From the NCBI GenBank assembly GCA_964016885.1, contig OZ024760.1, positions 25,296,001-25,360,000 of the forward strand: a stretch of DNA of 64,000 nucleotides. Direction: 5' to 3'. The notes below the pieces were generated by a model. The model did not search any database. It was not told where the DNA came from and worked only from the letters and a program-made list of their open reading frames with translations. Both the position numbers and the translations under genes were made by a program. Shown in pieces: positions 55,466 to 64,000 of the stretch (the first letter of the stretch is position 1; each line of letters opens with the position of its first letter). The stretch comes from Eledone cirrhosa. Taxonomy: Eukaryota.

Positions 55466-56059
55466 CATAAATGATTGATATTTAAACATTATTGTAATTA
55501 TTGATATTATCGAAATGTGAAATGTGTTCGATAAAATTGCATTTTAATTTAATAAATATATTTTTTTAGTTTTTAAATTACAATTGATTTCATTATTTTC
55601 CATAAGTCCCATGTAATTTTAAAAAGTAAAATTTCAATATCGGAATATGTTGCACTAAAAATGAGTCTGCTGAACTTTTGTCCTTGTTGCTTTGCCATCA
55701 TCACATTAAATGAAGTACGAGATTTGGAGGGGAAGTCTCATCCATTTAGAGTTGAAGTTTCTAAACGCAATCACATATCACGCATAGAGTATTCTCTGAC
55801 TTTATGGCCTTGCTTAGAATTATGTTCTCCCTGTCTTGTTCTTCTCCCTTCTCAGTAACCCCTCGTATTTTAGTGACTTCATTGCCTTACTAGGGAGTAT
55901 GTTTTCCATTCTCAGTAACCCCTCGTATTTTAGTGACTTTATTGCCTTGCGTAGGATGAATATATTTTTAAAAAATTACCTGATGGAACCCACAGTGGTT
56001 AAAGTATTTCCTTAATATATGACATTTGCAATACTCTAGTATAATATAACATAATATAA

Positions 56060-56241
56060 TTGTTTCTACTTTTTGGCACAAGGCCAGCAATTATCCCAGT
56101 TCATTACTGGTACTTTATTTATCGACTCCGTAAGGATGAAAGGCAAAGTTAACCTCGGCGGGATTTGAACTCAGAATGGCAAGGGCCGTAACTCTATGCG
56201 CCAAAGCATGGCGTCCAACCCTCTACCGATACTGCCAATCC
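56060..56241 (-). mobile_element. Full-length SINE in an (ATAAT)n tract
   Basis: Matches the family consensus; flanked by ataatataat on both sides. Confidence 0.9.
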
Positions 56242-56460
56242 AATATAATATAATATAATAAATACATATAATCTGTGATTGTTTATGACATCATATATTT
56301 ATATGGTTGTTTAAAGATATATATCTTTTTATGGTGGTCACCAAAAGACTAGAAACGGATGGCTCATGCGTAGTGTTGGTGAGAGTCAAATATAACCTTA
56401 TATACTCTAGATCTTAGAATATTTTGAGTTTTTTTATTCGATATGGGATTTATTATTATT

Positions 56461-56518
<58 letters not shown>

Positions 56519-56880
56519 ACACAGACATGTATGTATATGCGCAGGGTACCCGATCGCGCGGTTAAACCACTGGGAGCAAAGGACCCCTAGCATTTGTCAG
56601 AGCATTCTTCTAGGAGAAGGCAACTCAGGAAACTGGGATAACTCCGACATAAAACCTGCGGCTCAGTAGTTACCGATGATGTTGAGCTTTTCTTATTTTC
56701 GAGTTACAGCTACTGTCGCTCAGAGAGTGGGATTAGCTCAGTACACAGTCTTTCCTCACTTTAAAAAAAATCATCTTCACGCACAGGCATAGCACGATAG
56801 CATTAATCAATAATTATTAATAATGTTATATCGTGCAATGGCCATACTCGATAACGAGGGGCAGCCATCATGTATGTATG

Positions 56881-57717
56881 TTCTTCTGGTTTTATAATTT
56901 CACAAAGTTTTGCCAATCGAGAGAGAGAGTCGGTTTCTAACATAGACACAAGACTCTCTCATTGGAATTTACACAACATCAACTAGTTAGATATGTCTGC
57001 ATGCATGCATGTGTGTGGATGTATGTATTTTATTGTATATGTGGATGTGGATGTTTTGAGTTGTATGTGTGCATGATTTGTACCTGTACATGTGTTTATG
57101 CAGTTATTAGATGCAAAAGTTTTGGAATGTTTTACATATTTTTACTGCTTCATTAATGGATTGTACTTACACGCATCCATATAAAGTTAGGAAATTATAT
57201 GTATGCGAGTGTGCAAGTCCCTGGCAGGACTAAAAAGCCACGTCCGTGCTGCTCATGTTTAGGTGTCAAGCAATAGCATTACTCGAAATCGAGTTGCCTC
57301 CATTATGTGTGTATGTTTCTGTTTCAATTTCGAGTACATTTTTGACTGGCCACCTTCCTGGTAGCAAGGTTATAAAAGAAAAGAAATTGTCATTCCTTAA
57401 TCGCAAGAATGTTTTGCAAATTTTGAAGGTGCCAGCTATCGCAGCCATTTGTAGTCTATGAATTAGGGAGCTGCGCTCTTTGTCCACAAATACAAGTTCA
57501 GATAAACTTTGCTCCAAGCGGGATGGTATATAAACTGTAGCTCCAATAATGATGGGTATGAAGCTGAAGGTGTATCTTGGATACTGGATCTGCAAACTCC
57601 TCATCAATGATCCGTACATGTCCTCCTACTCTTGTATTTTTCTTACAACGTAGATGTCAAGTGGGCAGCTGATCTCTACAACAGAGCATGTTTTCAATGT
57701 GTGGTCCCAAACAACAA
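56881..57717 (-). mobile_element. 3' fragment of an RLE non-LTR element
   Basis: VVWDHTLKTCSVVEISCPLD..MYGSLMRSLQIQYPRYTFSFIPIIIGA..AIAGTFKICKTFL; (TATG)-type repeats at both sides; 3' boundary is tentative. Confidence 0.65.
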
Positions 57718-58007
57718 TACACGTATGCATATATGCATGCGTGTATGTATGTATGTATATATCTATATGTGTGCGTGTATACATTTATGTGTGTATATAT
57801 ATATATGTATTCAACACAATGTGTATGTATGTCTGACTTAAGTCTTTTCTCTTCGGCTATTCCTGTTCGTTTATCTTTTATTCCGTTAATAGTCTTTCAA
57901 TGGTTATCTACCTACCTCCGTCACTTTTCTGATTCTAAACACAATTACCTATTAAATCACATGACATCACGTCTCGCGTCACGTCACGTCACGTGCTACA
58001 ATGTTCT

Positions 58008-61000
58008 TTATGCTGCTACAGTCTCTTGTTCCGTGAAAACCTTCACGATTCCGGAATCAGATTCAGACATGTACAACGTCTTTCCATCCGGGGAAATATC
58101 CAAACCTCGTGGTTGAGTTAGTCCATCATTGGAGTCATGAAGGACCTTGTCGAACAGTCCGTTTCCATTCAGCCTGTAGATCTTATTGGCTTCGCTGTCC
58201 GCCAGATAAATAAAGCCATTGTCATCCACACAAACACCGCTCGGTTTCAATAGAGAGTTGTCCACGTTTCCAGTGTATAAGAACTTTACATCACCTTCCA
58301 TGTTGGAACAGAACAAAGCTGAACGTTTGCAGTCGGATATCAAGAAGTATTCTTCGTCTGCGACTTTAGCTAGATAACGAGGCTCGATAAGTCTTCCATA
58401 TTCTTCTCTCAGAGTCGAAAGAGTCTGCAACATTTCTCCGTTAAAATTCACTAAATCGATGGCATTGTCTCTTGAACAGATGAGCCGTTTCGAATCCATT
58501 TTAGCTACACCGATATATTGGTTTTCTACGACAACTTTAGTGGAAATGACTAAGAAATTACTGCGACTATCTCTCATGAAGAAACATATAGATTTAGACC
58601 AAGGTAATACACACACGACCATAAATTCGGATATCGCGCAAATTCCAGTTGGAGATCCTTCTAAAGGACAGCAGGCAAGAAGGTGGCCTTCGTCATTGAA
58701 TTCTTTAATATTTTTATGGTGGAAATCTGAGACAACAATGCGACCTTCTGCCAGAAAAAGCACATCAAATAGTAAGGTCGGTTTGTTGACCTCTGACACT
58801 TCGTTCACAGATCCTAGGAAAGCGTAGGTCGAAATATTTCCACTGGAGGGAAAGATCCTTGAGCCACTGATTCCTTTGTTTTTATCACTTTTCACTCCTA
58901 CTGATGCGCGTTTGTTCTCTTTCCCCACATCTGATTGGCTTTTAATATCGATATCATCTTTATCTGTAGCTAATGTTTCAGTCGAAGTTGTTTCCAACGG
59001 CGATGGGTCACCAATCTCCCCAATCAACAGGCCATTTGTTGGCATTGTGTCGTCGGTAAAGTTCTGAATTAGTGCAGGGTTTGGGAACTGTTTAAGTCTT
59101 TCAAAGAAGGCTGCGATTTCGCTGTTGTATCTGAGAAATATTCTCGTAACAACGTTACTACTTAAAGGTTCCGTCATTTCTTTAAACTGCAAAGTTTTAT
59201 AGATATCGTGAAACATGTTTATCATTTGGTCATCGTGGGCTTCGTCCAGAGCAATGTCCATATATAGAAATGACTGGTTCAGTATCTCGATTTGCATCTC
59301 GGTTTGTTGTATCTCATTTCGTAATTTTTCTTCTTCAACAGAAACCATCTGGCCAACCTCCAAATGCAGTTTCACCAAAGCTTCTGTTTGTAATTTCGCT
59401 ATCATTTCGTTAATGGTCGAATCAACCTCCCGTATTAGAGAAGATTTCTTTTGTTTCAGACTATTTAAACGTTTCTGAAGTTCTTGAATTACCGATAGTT
59501 TATTTTCTTTTCTTGTTGCAATCATCCGAAGAAGCGTTTCTCCTTCTCGACGTTTCTCGTTCGCAATGTCGGTTAGCAACATAGGCTGTTGACCATCACT
59601 AGCATGCTTCTCTCTATAATGTTGCGAGCTGCACTGGAGACACAGAGGAATCCGACAACTAGCGCAGTAAACTGTAAAATAATCCAGATGTTTCTCACAG
59701 ATTGAAGAAACACCCAGAAGTTTCTGGTGTTTGCTTTTTGTGATGTCGAATATGTTGTGTGACCTGAAAGGGTCGAACCCCTTATGCAGGTCTGTACACA
59801 TGTGGCAGTATCCTTGGCCACATTGTATGCACCAAGATATTGCAATTTTTATGATGTTCCGTTTGAAACATGAGGTACATTTCTGCTCTTCACGGCTGCG
59901 TCTGTCTGCTTTGAGAAGATATTCTACGAAATCATTTATTGGAAATCTATTGAGAACGATTTCTTTGATGGCACTGTTCTGAACGGTTGGTTCGGCTACA
60001 GGAATCTCTACGTTCAATTTGATTTCAATCTTGCATTTTGGACACCAAATGCGGGTTGCCACGCACAGAAGGTCGTTGTCCGTGTAATCGGGTTTCACGG
60101 CAAACGCCATGAAGTTTTCCCTGTCGTACAACGACAGAGCTAAACTGTCATGTCGAGTACCAGTGTCTCCAACTATAGATCTGGCCTTGCTTCCTGATTC
60201 CGACCTCAGAGATCTTTCTGACCTCAGAGATCTTTCTGACCTCAGTGATCTTTCAGATCTTACTGACCTTTCTGATCTTACCGACCTATCTGACTTGGTA
60301 GATTTCACAGAATCACGCCGACTCTGGCTTCCTGCACCGTTACCCGTGGCCTCCGTTTCACTGGGGATATCCTCCTTGTTGGGTTTTTTCTCGCCCTTCG
60401 CTTTGTTTTCCCCTTCTTCGTCACTATCTTCAAACGGGTTATAACCTTTGCTAGGGGGTTGCCCGTCTTTAGCGTCATCAGTATTTTCGCTCTTCGTTGC
60501 CTCTTCATCTTTGTTCTCCTCGTTCGCCGCCTTTTCCTCTTTTTTGGATTTTTCCTTCTCTTCCTTTTCCTTCTTCTTCGCTGCCCTTCGGCTAGAAAAA
60601 AGGAAAGAGAATCGACTTCTCGTTGGCGGTTTCTCCTCTTTCTTTTCCTTTTTCTCTTCTTTCTCGGTCGGTTTATCCTCAGCCGGTTCATCCTCAGCCG
60701 GTTTATCAGTCTCCGTGTCTTCATCCTCGGTCTCATTGACTTTTCTAATCGAGGACTGTCTCGATATGGTCGGCGTTGAACAATTGCTAACAATGCTGCT
60801 TCGTTTGCTCAGCGTGGCCGTTGAAGCGATGCTGCTTGCTTTGTCCTGGTCCTGTTCACGCCGGGTCATCAACGAATCTTTCCGTCGAATTATAGTTTCG
60901 ATGGCTCTTAGCAATATTCGGTGAGTCAAACATCGTTCACAGAAGGTATGCAAACATGGAAATCTCCTGGGTGGTGTAGTGAATCGATTTTCACATAAAT

Positions 61001-61058
61001 TACACGTCAATATGTTTTTGTAAGACATTTTAACCCTCATAGAAGATGTATTGTGCAA
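58008..61058 (-). CDS. TRIM/RBCC protein with C-terminal NHL-like beta-propeller (putative E3 ubiquitin ligase), uninterrupted ORF
   Basis: 1016-codon ORF: RING CNLC..CLHTFCERC...CPKC, B-box1 CTSC..WCIQC..YCHMCTDLH..H, B-box2 CEKH..YCASCRIPLCLQC..H, coiled coil, NHL-type repeats (KPSGVCVDDNGFIYLAD, QPRGLDISPDG). The listed start is TTG; the likely ATG is at 61040 or 61028. Confidence 0.93.
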   Translation of the reverse strand: MHNTSSMRVKMSYKNILTCNLCENRFTTPPRRFPCLHTFCERCLTHRILLRAIETIIRRKDSLMTRREQDQDKASSIASTATLSKRSSIVSNCSTPTISRQSSIRKVNETEDEDTETDKPAEDEPAEDKPTEKEEKKEKKEEKPPTRSRFSFLFSSRRAAKKKEKEEKEKSKKEEKAANEENKDEEATKSENTDDAKDGQPPSKGYNPFEDSDEEGENKAKGEKKPNKEDIPSETEATGNGAGSQSRRDSVKSTKSDRSVRSERSVRSERSLRSERSLRSERSLRSESGSKARSIVGDTGTRHDSLALSLYDRENFMAFAVKPDYTDNDLLCVATRIWCPKCKIEIKLNVEIPVAEPTVQNSAIKEIVLNRFPINDFVEYLLKADRRSREEQKCTSCFKRNIIKIAISWCIQCGQGYCHMCTDLHKGFDPFRSHNIFDITKSKHQKLLGVSSICEKHLDYFTVYCASCRIPLCLQCSSQHYREKHASDGQQPMLLTDIANEKRREGETLLRMIATRKENKLSVIQELQKRLNSLKQKKSSLIREVDSTINEMIAKLQTEALVKLHLEVGQMVSVEEEKLRNEIQQTEMQIEILNQSFLYMDIALDEAHDDQMINMFHDIYKTLQFKEMTEPLSSNVVTRIFLRYNSEIAAFFERLKQFPNPALIQNFTDDTMPTNGLLIGEIGDPSPLETTSTETLATDKDDIDIKSQSDVGKENKRASVGVKSDKNKGISGSRIFPSSGNISTYAFLGSVNEVSEVNKPTLLFDVLFLAEGRIVVSDFHHKNIKEFNDEGHLLACCPLEGSPTGICAISEFMVVCVLPWSKSICFFMRDSRSNFLVISTKVVVENQYIGVAKMDSKRLICSRDNAIDLVNFNGEMLQTLSTLREEYGRLIEPRYLAKVADEEYFLISDCKRSALFCSNMEGDVKFLYTGNVDNSLLKPSGVCVDDNGFIYLADSEANKIYRLNGNGLFDKVLHDSNDGLTQPRGLDISPDGKTLYMSESDSGIVKVFTEQETVAA

Positions 61059-61154
61059 TTCAAGATGTATTTCGAATGAAAATAAACATAAGTGTACCTC
61101 GAAAGAAAACTCGAGCCCCTTATGCCATTAGTGTAACTTTAACGACCGTAAATT

Positions 61155-61600
61155 CATAGATTTTCCAACTCATATAGAGAGTTTTTGCTTCCCATGTGGC
61201 TTGTAAGTCACTAATGTAGCTTTCGCTGTTATGAAATCATAAATGGTTCTACTCATATAGAGAGTTTTTGCTTCCCATGTGGCACTTAAGTCACTAATGT
61301 AGCTTTCGCTGTTATGAAATCATAGATTTTTCTATTGATATAGAGAGTTTTTGCTTCACACGTGGCCCTTAATTCATTAGTGTAGCTTTCACGGTTATAA
61401 AATCATAGATCTGTTGAATTATAGAATCTTCGCTTCACGTGTGGGTCTGAAATCACTAATGTAGCTTTCACGGCTATAAAAATCATAGATTTTTCTATTC
61501 ATATATTGAGTCTTTGCTTCTCATGTGGACCTGAAGTCATTAAAGTAGTTTTGATGGCTATAAAAACATGTAGATATTTCTACCTATATCTTGAATTTTG
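61155..61600. repeat. About 83-bp tandem repeat, about 5 units, just upstream of the TRIM ORF
   Basis: actcatatagagagtttttgcttcccatgtggc at 61168 and 61251, diverging rightwards. Confidence 0.88.
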
Positions 61601-61875
61601 CTTACCACGTTTTATTATGTTTGTTTTTTTTCTTTTGCCAGCAAACATAGAGATACGATGTGTACTTGTATATTTAAGTGCATAGTAAACTTGTCCGAAT
61701 ATTATTCTACCTCACGTCGGCTGGTCAGCAAATGGTCATTGTTACATTGGTAGGATGTTTTCGGAACATCCACATCACATGTCCGTCCTGGAAAAGAAAT
61801 TTCAGAATATATATATATATAAAATAAAAATGGCGTAAAGATTACAATAAAATACAATAGGAGGGAACATGATAA

Positions 61876-61921
61876 TAGTACCACTGATGATGTTGCAGAT
61901 GTGCAACGAAAGAACTTTGTT

Positions 61922-61927
<6 letters not shown>
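61876..61927 (+). ncRNA. Type I hammerhead, family A, with covarying stem II
   Basis: CTGATGA-T-GTTGCA-GATG-TGCAAC-GAAA-GAAC-TT; the downstream tail at 61975-62142 matches 7335-7503. Confidence 0.72.
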
Positions 61928-61965
<38 letters not shown>

Positions 61966-62177
61966 ATGTATGTATATCTGTATTTTTAACCGTTGGTCAG
62001 TCAATGATAAACATTGATTGCCAAATAAATTAACTATGGGGATATAAAAGAATCAAAAGCGAAAACCAACCAAAAAGTGAGTGTGTTATGTTATTATTTC
62101 TGGCAATATTATTACAATATGACCCTCCCCAAGTATAACAATATATGTATATATTTATATATGTATATATATATATA

Positions 62178-62511
62178 TATATTGGTAAACGGAATAGAAA
62201 ATGCTGACAAATTCTTCACAGTTGAAAAATAGTTTAAGTAGGAATAAAAGAGTATTAGTAATTGTATGGGTTAGTATTCAGTTGTGGTTTTAACACGGAC
62301 ACTCTATCTCAAAATTATTTTTGAAAAGCATTTAGAAATGTGCAACCGGTAAAAACTTAAAAACTTAAAACCACAACTGAATACTAACCCATACAATTAC
62401 TAATACTCTTTTATTCCTAATTAAACTATTTTTCAACTGTGAACAATTTGTCAGCATTTTCTATTCCGTTTACCAATATATAATAACTTGTGTGTTACAC
62501 CTCTATTCTTT

Positions 62512-62515
<4 letters not shown>
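62178..62515. mobile_element. Fold-back element with about 117-bp arms plus a short tail, between (TA)n tracts
   Basis: About 62178-62294 is the reverse complement of about 62365-62482. Confidence 0.65.
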
Positions 62516-62575
<60 letters not shown>

Positions 62576-62699
62576 TAATGGAAAGCAGATTTTAAAAAAA
62601 TAACCGAGGAAAAAAGTTTTTGACTCGAAGGTCAGCAAGAGGGCCAGTTGTTGTCACGTTGGCTGACCACCCTACTTTCTCTCCATCTCACTTGAAACG

Positions 62700-63430
62700 A
62701 CTGATTACATTTGAAAAGACATGTTATAGGTGTGCAGTCAGAATTAACTGGAAAACTCATAGAACAACTGAATCTGTCTTGGAAGAGATTGGTGCCAATG
62801 CAACGTTGGTTGAATCAGTTTAGAAAGAGGAAACTTCAGTAATTTGGACGAGTCATCAGAGCCCAAACTTTGACAACTCACATCTTTGTGGTTAGCTAAT
62901 GTCATGTTATAGGCGTGCACTTAGAATTAGCTGGAAAGCTCACAGAACAACTGAATCTGTCTTGGAAGAGATTGGTGCCAATACAACGTTGGTTGAATCA
63001 GAAGAAAGAGGAAACTTCAGTATTTTGGACAAGTCATCAGAGCCCAAACTTTGACTACTCACATCTTTGTGGTTAGCTAATGTCATGTTATAGGCGTGCA
63101 CTTAGAATTAGCTGGAAAGCTCACAGAACAACTGAATCTGTCTTGGAAGAGATTGGTGCGAATCGACAGTTTGTTGAAACAGTAAGGATAAGGAAACTTC
63201 AGTATTTTGGTCATTTGACTACCCACATACCTGACGAACGAATTCATAGGAAAGGGACCAGGGGACGGCAGAAAAAGGAGATGGACAGATGATATTAAGG
63301 AATGGCCAGGAAGGAGTGTGGCGGAATGTACGGCAATGGCAAGAGAGAGGAAAAGATGGAGAGTTCTGGCCCAGATGCCCATGGTCCTCCGACCTTCAGA
63401 TATGAAAATGGGATGAAGCTTGGCTAGGTG
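62700..63430 (+). mobile_element. RTE-type LINE 3' end with an internal triplication of about 181 bp
   Basis: CYRRALRISWKAHRTTESVLEEIG..RKLQYFGH..GTRGRQK. Confidence 0.82.
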
Positions 63431-64000
63431 AATGTAGTTGAGAATTTCTCAATGAAATGATCCAGGCTTACCCAAACAACAACGATGATCACCACCAGCA
63501 TAACAACAACAACCCAAACAACCTTGAGCGCCACCACCACAACAACAACAACCCAAACAACAACGATTGGGATGAAGCGAGGCTAGGTGAATGGAGTTGA
63601 GAATTTCTCAATGAAATGATCCAGGCTTGACCAAACAACAACGATGATCACCACCAGCATAACAACAACAACCCAAACAACCTTGATCGCCACCACCACA
63701 ACAACAACAACCCAAACAACAACGATTGGGATGAAGCGAGGCTAGGTGAATGGAGTTGAGAATTTCTCAATGAAATGATCCAGGCTTGACCAAACAACAA
63801 CGATGATCACCACCAGCATAACAACAACAACCCAAACAACCTTGATCGCCACCACCACAACAACAACAACCCAAACAACAACGATTGGGATGAAGCGAGG
63901 CTAGGTGAATGGAGTTGAGAATTTCTCAATGAAATGATCCAGGCTTGACCAAACAACAACGATGATCACCACCAGCATAACAACAACAACCCAAACAACC
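63408..64000. repeat. 159-bp tandem repeat running off the window end
   Basis: gggatgaagc at 63410, 63569, 63728 and 63887. Confidence 0.93.

Noticed and set aside
56530-56770. Possible RTE 5' UTR (ctaggagaaggcaactc..aaacc)
   Set aside because: Only a short motif resemblance with no adjoining ORF.
58459-60924. Plus-strand and alternate-frame ORFs overlapping the TRIM gene
   Set aside because: Shadows of the real coding frame with no independent domain signal.

Overview
Eukaryotic, AT-rich and extremely microsatellite-dense animal DNA; the SINE sequences resemble those I associate with octopus, which is an inference and not a database result. There is one credible host gene: an uninterrupted minus-strand ORF (58008-61058) for a TRIM-type RING/B-box/B-box/coiled-coil protein with an NHL-like beta-propeller, whose RING appears split by about 295 low-complexity residues. 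Most other listed ORFs are simple-repeat artefacts or retroelement fragments. The rest is a mosaic of mobile DNA: a decayed Penelope-like element (RT plus GIY-YIG), an L1/Tx1-type element, three restriction-like-endonuclease (RLE) non-LTR 3' fragments, RTE-derived tandem arrays, many tRNA-derived SINEs, non-autonomous Helitrons, MITEs and minisatellites. The main hidden signal is a dozen or more minimal type I hammerhead-ribozyme-like motifs in several sequence families with compensatory stem changes. They lie in short (TA)n-flanked elements, often built as long fold-back inverted repeats. Different retroelement clades also appear to sit in different microsatellite motifs. All structures were read by eye and none has been computationally or experimentally confirmed.
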